A stretch of DNA of 64,000 nt from Candidatus Curtissbacteria bacterium (GCA_030647775.1 JAUSJC010000010.1:72718-136717), one strand, 5' to 3'. Shown: positions 53,770-63,633, numbered from the stretch's first letter. Notes: generated by a model not told the origin, from the letters alone. Numbers and translations: made by a program.

Positions 53770-53840
53770 TAGCCCGCAGCTCTTCGAGTCTGAGCCTGAG
53801 GGTTCATCCCTCAGAGTCGATGACGAAGTGAGGACCGCAG
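53770..53840. repeat. GCCCGCAG...GAGGACCGCAG family element with internal palindrome CTGAGGGTTCATCCCTCAG
   Basis: Related to 3484-3526 and 58352-58386. Confidence 0.7.
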
Positions 53841-53958
53841 GTCGCGAAGAAACCTATAGTAGAAAATCTTGATAATTTGTGCTATAGTCAATTCTTGACT
53901 GTCAGATTAGTCATCGAGTTGACACTCGACTCGCAGTGACAGGAAAAGTAAAATTAAA

Positions 53959-56100
53959 TTGCCCATGGGAAGAAGACGCAGAAGATATCAACTACTTGGT
54001 CCGCCAATAGGACTGGAAAGAAAAACAATAAAAAGTATTGTCGGTGTTGCCGGTCTTGGTATCTCGGCTATTCTCCTTCTATCAATCGTTACCAAATCAG
54101 GTTCCCTTTTTACCCTTAGAGAAAGATATTATGAAATTTTCGGTCTCGGCGTATACTTGGTCCCGTTGGTTATTGTGTTTGCCAGTATCCCGCTGCTTTC
54201 ACTGAACAGTCGCTTTACAAAGATAAATGTAATCTTTGGTTTCACGGCGACAGTACTTTCTCTTCTTGGTTTGGTTGCGCCGCTTTCGCCGGATTCTTCC
54301 GGAATGCTGGGCAACATCCTTTGGTCTGTCTTAAAGTCGACTGTTACCACCCCCGGCGCATTTCTGATATTACTCTTTACCTTTTTTGTTTCCGTGATTA
54401 TTACCGTCAACACCAGCCCGGACGTTGCCATCAAACTAATTATGGCGGCTTTTGGCAAAATCCTTGGTGTTCTTACCGCTATCAAAAAGAAAATTATTCC
54501 GTTAAGAAAACCTGACTTTATTACCAAATCACCGGATGATATTTATCGCCCAGGCAAAAAAATCATTCCGATCGGAAGAAGTAGAGAAAAGGAAGAAGGT
54601 GAGCCCGGCCTTTCGGCAAGTATCGTAGTCAACAGTCCCGGTCAGAGCCAGATTTGGGAATATCCGCCCTTGTCACTGCTTGGCGAAACTCACGGCGCGC
54701 AGGCTAACCGCGGCAATCCCAAACAAAATGCCCATACTATCGAAAAAACTCTGGAAAGCTTCGGCATTACAGCTAAAGTTATCGAAGTTAATAATGGCCC
54801 GACTATTACCCAATACGCCATCGAAATTCCCGCCGGCACCAAACTTTCTAAAATTATGGCGCTCCAAAACGACCTTGCCCTTGCCCTTGCCACTCCAACC
54901 GGCAATGTCAGAATCGAAGCCCCGATTCCCGGGAAATCTCTTGTCGGCATAGAAATTCCCAATATTTCACCCGAAGTTGTTAGTCTTAAAAACGTTCTCT
55001 CCGACGAAAGAATCAGGAGTGCCAAATCCAAACTTACCGTCGGCCTTGGCCTTGATGTTTCCGGTAACCCGGTTATTTCCGATATCGGCAAGATGCCTCA
55101 TGTTCTGGTTGCCGGTACTACCGGCTCCGGTAAATCGGTTCTAATAAATGCCATCATCGCCACTTTGCTTTTTCGCGCCAGCCCGCAGGAGGTCAAATTA
55201 ATTTTGGTTGATCCCAAACGAGTTGAACTCACCGATTACAATGATATCCCGCATCTTTTAACACCTGTTATTGTCGAACCGGATAAGATCCTTTCTGCCC
55301 TGCGGTGGGCTACCACGGAAATGGATAGGCGCTACAAGCTTTTCCATGAAGCGCAAGTTAGAAATATCCAGGGCTACAATGAACTTTCCGGCTTCCAGGT
55401 CCTTCCTTATATTGTGATTGTCATTGATGAGTTAAACGACTTAATGCAGTTTGCGCCTGTTGAAATAGAGGACGCAATTTGTAGGATTGCCCAGATGGCT
55501 CGTGCTACCGGTATCCATTTAGTCGTTGCCACCCAAAGGCCTTCCGTTGATGTCATCACCGGCCTTATTAAAGCCAATATCCCTTGCCGTATCGCCTTTA
55601 ATGTTTCTTCAATGGTTGATTCCCGTGTCATTATCGATACTCCCGGCGCCGAAAAACTTCTTGGCCGCGGTGATATGCTCTACGTTCCGCCGGAAGCCTC
55701 CAAGCCGATGCGTATCCAGGGCGTTTATGTTTCCGACACCGAAATCAGGAATCTTATTTCCTTCCTCAAAAAATCCGGCATGGCACCCGAATACACCGAA
55801 GAGGTTACCCAAATGCCCCTTGGTAGAATCTCCGGCCGTCACGGCAGCGCAGGTGGCGCAAGTGGTGACAAAGATGACCTTTTTGAAGAGGCAGTCCGCA
55901 CTATTTGCCAGTATGATAGGGCCTCGGCATCGCTTCTCCAAAGAAGGTTAAGGGTTGGTTATGCCAGGGCCGCCCGTCTCTTGGACGAACTGGAGATAGC
56001 CGGTATCGTTGGCCCCGGCGACGGCTCAAAGCCCCGGGACGTTTTAGTCAAAAATGCCGAAGAGTTTTTGCAAGACCAAAACCAGCCCCAAGCAAACTAA
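53959..56100 (+). CDS. ftsK: DNA translocase FtsK/SpoIIIE
   Basis: N-terminal TM helices, HVLVAGTTGSGKSV Walker A, C-terminal gamma domain. Confidence 0.9.
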   Translation: MPMGRRRRRYQLLGPPIGLERKTIKSIVGVAGLGISAILLLSIVTKSGSLFTLRERYYEIFGLGVYLVPLVIVFASIPLLSLNSRFTKINVIFGFTATVLSLLGLVAPLSPDSSGMLGNILWSVLKSTVTTPGAFLILLFTFFVSVIITVNTSPDVAIKLIMAAFGKILGVLTAIKKKIIPLRKPDFITKSPDDIYRPGKKIIPIGRSREKEEGEPGLSASIVVNSPGQSQIWEYPPLSLLGETHGAQANRGNPKQNAHTIEKTLESFGITAKVIEVNNGPTITQYAIEIPAGTKLSKIMALQNDLALALATPTGNVRIEAPIPGKSLVGIEIPNISPEVVSLKNVLSDERIRSAKSKLTVGLGLDVSGNPVISDIGKMPHVLVAGTTGSGKSVLINAIIATLLFRASPQEVKLILVDPKRVELTDYNDIPHLLTPVIVEPDKILSALRWATTEMDRRYKLFHEAQVRNIQGYNELSGFQVLPYIVIVIDELNDLMQFAPVEIEDAICRIAQMARATGIHLVVATQRPSVDVITGLIKANIPCRIAFNVSSMVDSRVIIDTPGAEKLLGRGDMLYVPPEASKPMRIQGVYVSDTEIRNLISFLKKSGMAPEYTEEVTQMPLGRISGRHGSAGGASGDKDDLFEEAVRTICQYDRASASLLQRRLRVGYARAARLLDELEIAGIVGPGDGSKPRDVLVKNAEEFLQDQNQPQAN

Positions 56101-56103
56101 ACT

Positions 56104-56733
56104 ATGCAAGAAGTACTAGGCCGTACTCTTTCGGAAAAAAGGGTGAAAAAAGGCATCCCCATTTCCCGCGCCTCCCGCGATCTATTAATTAAGAAAGAAC
56201 AGCTTGAAGCTTTAGAGACAGGTGACTGGGAAAGTTTGCCCGAACCGGCTTTTGTGCGCGGTTTTATCAAAAATTACGGAGATTATTTGAATTTGGATAC
56301 CGATCATCTGCTGGCCCTTTACCGTAGAGAATACGATGCCGCCAAACACCCTTCGGCCAACCTTAAGCGCTTAAAACTAAAACGCTTTGTCATTACCCCG
56401 ACTACCACAGTCACGGCAGCCTCGATTTTTGTCGTCGGACTTTTTGTTTTTTACCTTCTCGCTCAATATTTTTCGATCATTTCCAGCCCCAAACTGGATG
56501 TTTTTACGCCGCCCGCCGATACTACAACTGCCGCTCCCGTTATCAGAATTGATGGTAAGACAGAACCCGGCGCCACAGTTGCCGTCAATGGTGATTTTGC
56601 CCCAGTCGATCAAGAGGGTAACTTTCAATATCAATACACTTTAAAAGACGGCCAAAACATTATCGAAATCATAGCCGCCAAACACCTGTCTCCAAAATCA
56701 AAAGTTACCAGAATCGTGCGCCTTTCTCGCTGA
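56104..56733 (+). CDS. RodZ-like cytoskeleton protein (HTH + TM)
   Basis: N-terminal XRE-like HTH ...FVRGFIKNYGDYLNLD, single TM, C-terminal domain. Confidence 0.55.
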   Translation: MQEVLGRTLSEKRVKKGIPISRASRDLLIKKEQLEALETGDWESLPEPAFVRGFIKNYGDYLNLDTDHLLALYRREYDAAKHPSANLKRLKLKRFVITPTTTVTAASIFVVGLFVFYLLAQYFSIISSPKLDVFTPPADTTTAAPVIRIDGKTEPGATVAVNGDFAPVDQEGNFQYQYTLKDGQNIIEIIAAKHLSPKSKVTRIVRLSR

Positions 56734-56795
56734 TTGACAAAAGATAAACTTTAAAGTATACCTTTTGATACGACGAACGTCGAAAGACTAGACTA

Positions 56796-57095
56796 ATGCG
56801 TTTGTCGTTAGTCCCAAGTCTTAGTCGCCTGCCCAAAATGGATATAACGCAAATAACACTGCTTTCGGTAATCGTAGTTTTAACTATTTTTCTAGTGGTT
56901 ATCGGCTTTCAAGTATTCTTCTTAATCCGCGATCTTCGTAAAACCCTTTCCCGTACCAATCGCCTTTTGGACGATGCCGACAGCCTCGTTGCCGGTATCA
57001 AAAAACCCATCGAAGGCGCCGGCAATATTTTTACGGCCATGACCGCCGGAGTTGGTATTGCCCATCTTCTTAAGAGGCTTGAGAAGAAAAAATGA
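56796..57095 (+). CDS. DUF948-like small membrane protein
   Basis: 99 aa, N-terminal TM followed by helical region. Confidence 0.4.
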   Translation: MRLSLVPSLSRLPKMDITQITLLSVIVVLTIFLVVIGFQVFFLIRDLRKTLSRTNRLLDDADSLVAGIKKPIEGAGNIFTAMTAGVGIAHLLKRLEKKK

Positions 57096-57508
57096 ACGAC
57101 CACAACCACAATCCAAATCACAACAGCAACAATATTTCTTCACTTGTAGCAGGTGTAGTTTTAGGTGCCGCCCTAACTTATCTCTTTGGTACAAAAAGCG
57201 GCCAGAAATTAAAGGACGAACTTGTAAAAGAAGGCCAAAAGCTCCTTGAAGAAATGGGCAAGGAACTTGAAGAAACCAAGGATAAAATCGCCGAAGGTCC
57301 TGAGCGAAGTCGAAGGGAAGAAAGTGAAGTCGGCAAAAAATTAGAATCGGTCAAAGAAAAAGCCGAAGGCACTAAGTTGGTTCAAAATGCCATTGAAGCA
57401 AAAGAACAGTTGCAAGAGGTTATCGAAGACGTTCCAAAGCACATCGAAGAAATCCAGAAAAAAGGCCGCCGCTTTTTCTTCAAGCGCTCTGCCGCCCACG
57501 AGTCGTAA
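57092..57508 (+). CDS. YtxH-like small membrane protein with repeat-derived insert
   Basis: SLVAGVVLGAALTYLFGTKSGQKLKDEL YtxH-type N-terminus; contains GPERSRRE unit (57298-57318). Confidence 0.45.
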   Translation: MNDHNHNPNHNSNNISSLVAGVVLGAALTYLFGTKSGQKLKDELVKEGQKLLEEMGKELEETKDKIAEGPERSRREESEVGKKLESVKEKAEGTKLVQNAIEAKEQLQEVIEDVPKHIEEIQKKGRRFFFKRSAAHES

Positions 57509-57520
57509 TACATTAATCAG

Positions 57521-57599
57521 CTGATATTAGTCCAGTTTACTGGACGCATGGTGCTGTATTAGATTTGCTTTTGCAAATCGCATGGCGCTGTATATAATT
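57521..57599 (+). promoter_or_regulatory. alaS promoter region: conserved module CCAGTTTACTGG-ACGCATGGTGCTGTATTAGA, inserted hairpin GATTTGCTTTTGCAAATC, then GCATGGCGCTGTATATAAT
   Basis: -10 TATAAT 57593-57598, ATG 57605; hairpin creates TTGCAA at -35 spacing. Confidence 0.55.
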
Positions 57600-57604
57600 G
57601 CTTC

Positions 57605-59443
57605 ATGACCTCGCAAGAACTTCGCCAGAAGTATCTTAAGTTTTTTGAAGACAAGGGACACAAAATTATTCCCTCGGCATCTCTTGTGCCCAAAGAAGAT
57701 GTGGAGCTTGCCGGGACCCAGCGCGTTTTATTTACGACAGCCGGTATGCATCCACTGGTTCCCTATCTACTTGGCACGTCTCACCCCGAAGGCAAGCGCT
57801 TGGTAAACGTTCAAAAATGTCTTAGAACCGACGATATCGACCAAGTCGGGGACAGCGTCCATAACACATTTTTCGAAATGCTTGGCAACTGGTCGCTTGG
57901 CGACTACGGTAAAGTTGAGGCCATTTCCTGGTCATACGATTTCCTAATCAACCATTTAAAACTCGATGCCAAACGCCTTTATATTTCTGTTTTTGCCGGG
58001 GACGACGATGCGCCATTTGACCAAGAGTCTTTCGATATCTGGAGAAAACTCGGTATGCCCGAAGATCACATATTTCGCTACGGCAAAAAAGATAATTGGT
58101 GGGGTCCCGTTGGCCCGAGCGGTCCATGCGGCCCGGACACCGAAATGTTCTACGATATCAAACCTAACGATCCCGGATCGTTAGACCCGTCAAGCAATTC
58201 CCAACGCTTCGTCGAAATCTGGAACGACGTTTTTATGGAGTACGACAAACAAAAAGATGGATCGTTCAAACCTCTTGCTCAACGAAACGTCGACACCGGC
58301 ATGGGCTTGGAACGAATGCTTGCAGTTTTACAAAACGCGCCTTCAAGCTTAGGCCCGCAGTTCTGCATTGCAGAACGAGGACCGCATGCCATGGCCCTTG
58401 TAAGGGGCACTGTATACGAAACCGATGTTTTTCTTCCTCTTATGAAACAGATAGAGGAATTATCGGCAAACTTCCAGGATAAATCCGCCCGCATTGTAGC
58501 CGACCATCTGCGCGCATCGGTTTTCCTCATATCAGACGGAGTCATTCCGTCAAACGTCGAACGCGGCTATATCCTGCGCCGCCTGATCCGCCGCCTGATC
58601 CGCCACGCATCGCTTCTTAAAATCGAGCAGGATTTCTTAGAAGATTTAACAAAAGTTGTCGTTAAAACCTATAGCGATTTTTATCCAAAGCTAGAAGAGT
58701 TTCAGGAATCAATCATCACTGAACTTAAAAAAGAGGAAGCAAAGTTTAAAAAAGCCTTAGCCCAAGGCATCCATGAGTTTGAAAAGATAGGCGGCGACAT
58801 TTCCGGCCGCGACGCTTTTAATCTTTATCAAAACTACGGTTTCCCCATAGAGTTAACTGTCGAAATGGCCCTTGAATCAAATAAAGGAGTTGACGTCCCG
58901 GGTTTTGAAAAAGAATTCAAGGCCCATCAGGATTTATCCCGAAAAGCGGGGGAGAAAACCAAAGGGGGAATGACTACTCAAAGCGACCGCACCGCCAAGC
59001 TCCATACGGCAACCCATCTTCTGCACCAGGCACTCCGTGATGTATTGGGAGACCATGCTCACCAAACCGGTTCACACATTACGGACGTTAGGCTGCGTTT
59101 TGATTTCACTCACGACGCCAAAATGACGGAAGACCAGATTAAAAAAGTTGAAGATTTGGTCAACCAAAAAATAAAAGATAATCTGCCGGTCGAGAAAGTT
59201 ACCATGCCGAAAGCCGCGGCCGACGAAATCGGTGCCATTGGCCTGTTTGACGATAAATACGGCGATCTGGTCAACATTTACTTTATGGGTGCAGGTAATC
59301 CCAAAGATGCCTATTCCAAAGAATTTTGCGGCGGTCCGCACGCCGACTCGACAGGATCGCTTGGAAAGTTTAAGATAATTAAAGAGGAATCAGCAGGTTC
59401 TGGCGTGCGCCGAATCTATGCTACAATTAGTAATCCGAATTGA
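57605..59443 (+). CDS. alaS: Alanyl-tRNA synthetase (short form: catalytic + editing domains)
   Basis: Class II motifs, QKCLRTDDID...FFEMLGNWSLGDY, editing HTATHLLH / CGGPH; in-frame insertion at 58352-58386. Confidence 0.85.
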   Translation: MTSQELRQKYLKFFEDKGHKIIPSASLVPKEDVELAGTQRVLFTTAGMHPLVPYLLGTSHPEGKRLVNVQKCLRTDDIDQVGDSVHNTFFEMLGNWSLGDYGKVEAISWSYDFLINHLKLDAKRLYISVFAGDDDAPFDQESFDIWRKLGMPEDHIFRYGKKDNWWGPVGPSGPCGPDTEMFYDIKPNDPGSLDPSSNSQRFVEIWNDVFMEYDKQKDGSFKPLAQRNVDTGMGLERMLAVLQNAPSSLGPQFCIAERGPHAMALVRGTVYETDVFLPLMKQIEELSANFQDKSARIVADHLRASVFLISDGVIPSNVERGYILRRLIRRLIRHASLLKIEQDFLEDLTKVVVKTYSDFYPKLEEFQESIITELKKEEAKFKKALAQGIHEFEKIGGDISGRDAFNLYQNYGFPIELTVEMALESNKGVDVPGFEKEFKAHQDLSRKAGEKTKGGMTTQSDRTAKLHTATHLLHQALRDVLGDHAHQTGSHITDVRLRFDFTHDAKMTEDQIKKVEDLVNQKIKDNLPVEKVTMPKAAADEIGAIGLFDDKYGDLVNIYFMGAGNPKDAYSKEFCGGPHADSTGSLGKFKIIKEESAGSGVRRIYATISNPN

Positions 59444-59520
59444 CCCGAATTCTTAGTCCGAATTTATCCAAATAATTCGGGATTGATTCGGAGTAATAAT
59501 TCGTATAAATTAGGATATAT
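59434..59520. repeat. Inverted cluster of CCGAATT / AATTCGG units ending in AATTAGGAT (copy b)
   Basis: CCGAATTGACCCGAATTCTTAGTCCGAATTT...AATTCGGGATTGATTCGGAG...AATTAGGATAT. Confidence 0.7.
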
Positions 59521-60214
59521 GGACCCGACTGCCCCAAAAGATAATCCGCCCGAGTCACCTCAGGCAACACCGCCTGCCGGTACTGCGCCGCCAAACCCCT
59601 GGTCAACTCCAGCTGAACCTGCAGCAAGTCAGGCCCAACCATCATCAGGATCAATTGAACCCGGCCAATTTGTCGCCGTCGGTGGACAAGATTCTGTACC
59701 TCCTCCAAGCCCGGCAGCCCCGGTGATGCCGCCAACACCGCCGGCCGCTACTCTGCCGCCGCTGCCAGAAAAGCCTCCGGTAGAAAACAGTCCAATTCTA
59801 GGTGCAACATCCCCGCCGGCAGCGCCCGAGCCGACTATCCCGGATTTAAACCCGCAGCCGGCCCCGTCGTTTTCCGGCCAGCCGAATCCGACACCGTATA
59901 CCCCTCCGCCTTCAGGACCGCAGGTGCAAATGCCGTCGTCCGGTGGAATTTCAAAAATCAAACAACTAAGGGTTGTGATTATCATCGCCGGAGTTTTAGC
60001 TCTGGTTATAATTATCGCCGCCCTGATGTGGTTTTTTGTCCTTAAACCCAAATCTAATCAGGCTGTAAATGTCCAAGGTTCCGGCCAGACCGACGTTATC
60101 GAACCGTCACCGCTTCCCAAAGTAACACAGGGCGGTTTTGGCGATTTGCCCCAGTCAACGGCCTCTTCGCAAGCCACAAAATCAGCAACCCCTTCTGCTC
60201 CTTTGGGAAGATAA
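59519..60214 (+). CDS. Proline-rich membrane protein (single TM), hypothetical
   Basis: Starts MDPTAPKDNPP (ORF-track start 59483 reads through the repeat); P-rich ectodomain, TM, C-terminal S/T-rich. Confidence 0.4.
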   Translation: MDPTAPKDNPPESPQATPPAGTAPPNPWSTPAEPAASQAQPSSGSIEPGQFVAVGGQDSVPPPSPAAPVMPPTPPAATLPPLPEKPPVENSPILGATSPPAAPEPTIPDLNPQPAPSFSGQPNPTPYTPPPSGPQVQMPSSGGISKIKQLRVVIIIAGVLALVIIIAALMWFFVLKPKSNQAVNVQGSGQTDVIEPSPLPKVTQGGFGDLPQSTASSQATKSATPSAPLGR

Positions 60215-60231
60215 TCGTAATCAAAAATTAC

Positions 60232-60277
60232 CTGATATTAGACCCAGTTTACTGGGCGCATGGCACTGTATATAATT
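60232..60277 (+). promoter_or_regulatory. Conserved promoter module CTGATATTAGACCCAGTTTACTGGGCGCATGGCACTGTATATAAT
   Basis: -35 TTTACT 60248-60253, 17-nt spacer, -10 TATAAT 60271-60276; ATG 60288. Confidence 0.6.
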
Positions 60278-60287
60278 AGGTTCGCGA

Positions 60288-62480
60288 ATGAAACTTTTCA
60301 ATCCCTTTTCAAAGCACAAACAGGAACCACAGCTGGAGGATAGTTATCTGGCGCTCACGCTTACCCCGGATAAAATCATGGCTTGCGTTTGGGATTTCAA
60401 TCTTGAAGATATTGTAATAAAGGCCGTCGAAGAAAGGCCGTTTAAAGATTCCGAAAACCTGATTCACGAAACGGCAGTTGCTATTGATAGTGCCTGTCAG
60501 AAAGCCGATACCGACGTTGCCAAAGTTGTTTTTGGTCTCTCCCAGTCTTGGTTCGAAGGGGAAGATATTTCCGAAAAATCCGCCAAAGTTTTAAAAACCC
60601 TGTCAGAAGATATGGAACTTGTTGCCCAGGCTTTTGTTTCACTTGCCTCCTCAATAAACCATTTCTTTAAGGTTACCGAAGGCATTACGCCCCAGGCCGT
60701 TTTAGTTGGAATCTTCCAAAGTTCCGTCTCAACGTTTTGTGAAGTTCATAAGGTTTTTAACAGTAAAGTCACATCTTCTAAAACCTCCACCCAAATTTTA
60801 TCGGTCGAGAAAATCAATGCCCTCATCGGTCAGCTTAAAGAGGGAGATGAAACCCTGCCTTCTAGAATTATCATCTACGGTAATCCCGACAGTGAGCTTT
60901 TGGAAAAACTCCAAAACGCAAAATTCGAAGGCCTTTTTGTTCACCAGCCAAAGATTGATGTCGTCGAAAATGACAAGCTTGCCGCTTCTGTCGCTTATGC
61001 CCAAGCCGCCGATATTTTAGGCCACGACCCTCTGCCGGATGGCACAAAAAAAGCCAGCCTCGCCGAGACCGGCGAGTCGAGGCGCGAAGAAACCCAAACA
61101 AAACGTCAGGAACCATCCGGGGCTGACGAACTGGGTTTTATTTCCGGAGTCGATATCTTACAAAATATAGAACCGGAAGCCAAAGAGGAACAGACACCCC
61201 TTCCTCTGGCGGTACCCCAACACAAAGGGCCGATAAGGAAAGAGGACTATGCAGTCGAAATCGAACCCAGTGAATACGAAGATCAGGCCAGAGTCGGCGT
61301 GCCAAAATTACCCAAATTTAGGATCCCAAAGCTTTTTAAAATGCCTTCTCTTCCGAAGCCTTCAAAAAAGTTAGGAATAATTTTGGCGGCAGTATTGGTG
61401 CTGGTTGTAATCGGTATCTTCGCCGCCGGCCAAACTTTAACTTCGGCCGAGGTTAATATTAAAGTAGCCGCCAAGTCCCAAGACGGCACTTTCAAAGCAA
61501 CAGTTGTTCCGCAAGGGTCTTACGACAAAAGCCGGTCACAAATTCCGGGCAAACTTATTACGGGCAAAGCCTCCGGCAGTCAAAAAGCCACCGCCACCGG
61601 CAGCAAAAAAATCGGAAACAATGCCAAAGGCCCGGTTGATTTTAGAAATTGGACCAAAGTTATCCAAACTTTTCCGACCGGGACAGAAATAATTACAGAC
61701 GGATTAAAATTCACCCTTGACTCCGATATCAGCATTCCTGCCAGAAATGATGCTGATAGTACTCCGGGAATCACCCACGCTACAATTACCGCCGAAGAAG
61801 TTGGCCCAACGTACAATGTCGGTTCGAACAAAACCTTTTCCATTGTTGGGACCGAAGCTTCCCTTTATGACGCAAAGTCAATTGACCCCGGTATTTCCGG
61901 CGGTGACGAAAAACAGGCGACTGTTGTTTCCCAGGACGACCTTGATAAGATGGCCAAATCCCTGACCGATAGCCTTACTCAAAAAGCCAAAGACGATTTT
62001 AAGACTAAATCCCAGGGTGCCAATATTCCCGACGGCTCTTTGGTGGTCAGCATCCTCAAAAAAGATTTCGATAAAAAGGTGGACGACGAAGCTTCCATCA
62101 TCAACCTCGATATGGAAATCGAGGCCAGTGCCGTTAGCTTTGACCAAAACGACCTTCAAAAATTAATTAGCGAAACCCAGGAAAACCAGACGAATCTCGA
62201 GCTGCGTCCCCAGGATATCGAGGTCTTTGATACAAACGTCAAAAGGACAAAAGACACGTTGGCAATTTCCGGCGCTTTTCGCGCGAAATTAATCCCTAAA
62301 TTCAATGAAGACCAGCTGGCCGTCCAAATTGCCGGCAAAAACATCAAAGAAGCAAGAGCTATCATAAAACTTACTCCGGAAGTTTCCGACGTCCTGGTTT
62401 CATTTTCTCCGGCCATCCCTTTTATCGATACCGTTCCCCGCGCCAAATCCAAAATAAGCTTTATTATAGAAATCTCCTAA
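60288..62480 (+). CDS. Large bitopic membrane protein: ~340-aa cytoplasmic domain, TM (~aa 355-375), ~350-aa extracytoplasmic domain; possibly PilM/FtsA-like N-domain (speculative)
   Basis: 730 aa; immediately upstream of sortase. Confidence 0.45.
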   Translation: MKLFNPFSKHKQEPQLEDSYLALTLTPDKIMACVWDFNLEDIVIKAVEERPFKDSENLIHETAVAIDSACQKADTDVAKVVFGLSQSWFEGEDISEKSAKVLKTLSEDMELVAQAFVSLASSINHFFKVTEGITPQAVLVGIFQSSVSTFCEVHKVFNSKVTSSKTSTQILSVEKINALIGQLKEGDETLPSRIIIYGNPDSELLEKLQNAKFEGLFVHQPKIDVVENDKLAASVAYAQAADILGHDPLPDGTKKASLAETGESRREETQTKRQEPSGADELGFISGVDILQNIEPEAKEEQTPLPLAVPQHKGPIRKEDYAVEIEPSEYEDQARVGVPKLPKFRIPKLFKMPSLPKPSKKLGIILAAVLVLVVIGIFAAGQTLTSAEVNIKVAAKSQDGTFKATVVPQGSYDKSRSQIPGKLITGKASGSQKATATGSKKIGNNAKGPVDFRNWTKVIQTFPTGTEIITDGLKFTLDSDISIPARNDADSTPGITHATITAEEVGPTYNVGSNKTFSIVGTEASLYDAKSIDPGISGGDEKQATVVSQDDLDKMAKSLTDSLTQKAKDDFKTKSQGANIPDGSLVVSILKKDFDKKVDDEASIINLDMEIEASAVSFDQNDLQKLISETQENQTNLELRPQDIEVFDTNVKRTKDTLAISGAFRAKLIPKFNEDQLAVQIAGKNIKEARAIIKLTPEVSDVLVSFSPAIPFIDTVPRAKSKISFIIEIS

Positions 62481-62481
62481 A

Positions 62482-63198
62482 ATGGCTTTGGCAGTTTACA
62501 TAAAAGCTCCGCCCAAAGGGGTGAAGATAAGGCATAAAAATCGTGAACGGGCATTTTTCGGATTTATAACCGGCATCGGTATCCTCTCGATTATTTTTGC
62601 CGCCTGGCCGTTTATTGTCTGGGAGGTGAAAGTCCTGCCAAAACTCACCGCCAAATCGGCAAGCCTTGCTCCTGTTCCGAAGGCCCAAGTCCTGTCGGCG
62701 CAAATTATTGCCCAAAATGTTCAGGTTGTAAAAGACCCGGACGGTTTTTCGTACTTTACGACCGATTTTCGACCCGGCCAAAACCGTCCACAAGAATTTT
62801 CTCTTTCAGTGCCCAAACTAAAAATTAAAGACGCAAAAGTTTTAGTGGATAGTCTCAAATTTGATAATAATCTTGCCCATTTTCCAGGCACTGCCCTTCC
62901 GGGGCAAGTCGGAAACGGTTTTATAACCGGCCATTCGGTTCTGCCGCAATTTGCCGACCCCAAAAACTACAGAGCCATTTTTACTAATCTTTCCGATCTG
63001 GAAATTGGCGACGACATCGAAGTCAACTTAGATAACAGGATCTACCATTACATCGTCCAATACTCCAAAATCGTCGACCCCAAAGACACATCTGTTTTAG
63101 CTCCGATTTCTGCCGGCGGTCGTAATCTGACTTTAATGTCCTGTGTCCCGCCCGGCACCAGCATCAAACGCATCGTCGTCATCGCCTCATTACTTTAA
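62482..63198 (+). CDS. Sortase-family transpeptidase
   Basis: N-terminal TM, ...FPGTALPGQVGNGFITGHS (catalytic His), LTLMSCVPPG (TLxTC Cys). Confidence 0.75.
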   Translation: MALAVYIKAPPKGVKIRHKNRERAFFGFITGIGILSIIFAAWPFIVWEVKVLPKLTAKSASLAPVPKAQVLSAQIIAQNVQVVKDPDGFSYFTTDFRPGQNRPQEFSLSVPKLKIKDAKVLVDSLKFDNNLAHFPGTALPGQVGNGFITGHSVLPQFADPKNYRAIFTNLSDLEIGDDIEVNLDNRIYHYIVQYSKIVDPKDTSVLAPISAGGRNLTLMSCVPPGTSIKRIVVIASLL

Positions 63199-63234
63199 AT
63201 TGACTATTAACCATTTACCATTTACGATTGACAA

Positions 63235-63633
63235 ATGATTTTAGGGATTGATCTTGGCGCAAAAACTACCGGTCTGGCAATATCCGGTAGCAGTATCGCT
63301 ACGCCCTATAAAACCATTATCCACAAAACGCTTGATCAAGCTCTTACTTCAATTATTCGAATCATTGAAGTAGAAAAAATTGACACCGTGGTTATCGGTT
63401 TTGTCGAGGGCAAAATTAAAACAATGTTTACCGATTTTGCATCCTCTATTAAAAAAGAACGACCGGATATTGAGGTTGTTTTGTGGGACGAAACTTTGAC
63501 ATCTGGACAGGCGCGCGAAACTATGATTAAACTCGAGTTACCAAAATTTAAGCGCCGCCAAAAAGAGCATGAATACGCAGCTGCTATAATTTTGCAAAGC
63601 TATCTAGACGAGACCCGTCTCTCGTCATCCTGA
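63235..63633 (+). CDS. ruvX: Holliday-junction resolvase-like YqgF/RuvX
   Basis: MILGIDLGAKTTGLAIS... RNase H-like fold signature; C-terminal residues and stop lie inside palindromic repeat. Confidence 0.8.
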   Translation: MILGIDLGAKTTGLAISGSSIATPYKTIIHKTLDQALTSIIRIIEVEKIDTVVIGFVEGKIKTMFTDFASSIKKERPDIEVVLWDETLTSGQARETMIKLELPKFKRRQKEHEYAAAIILQSYLDETRLSSS

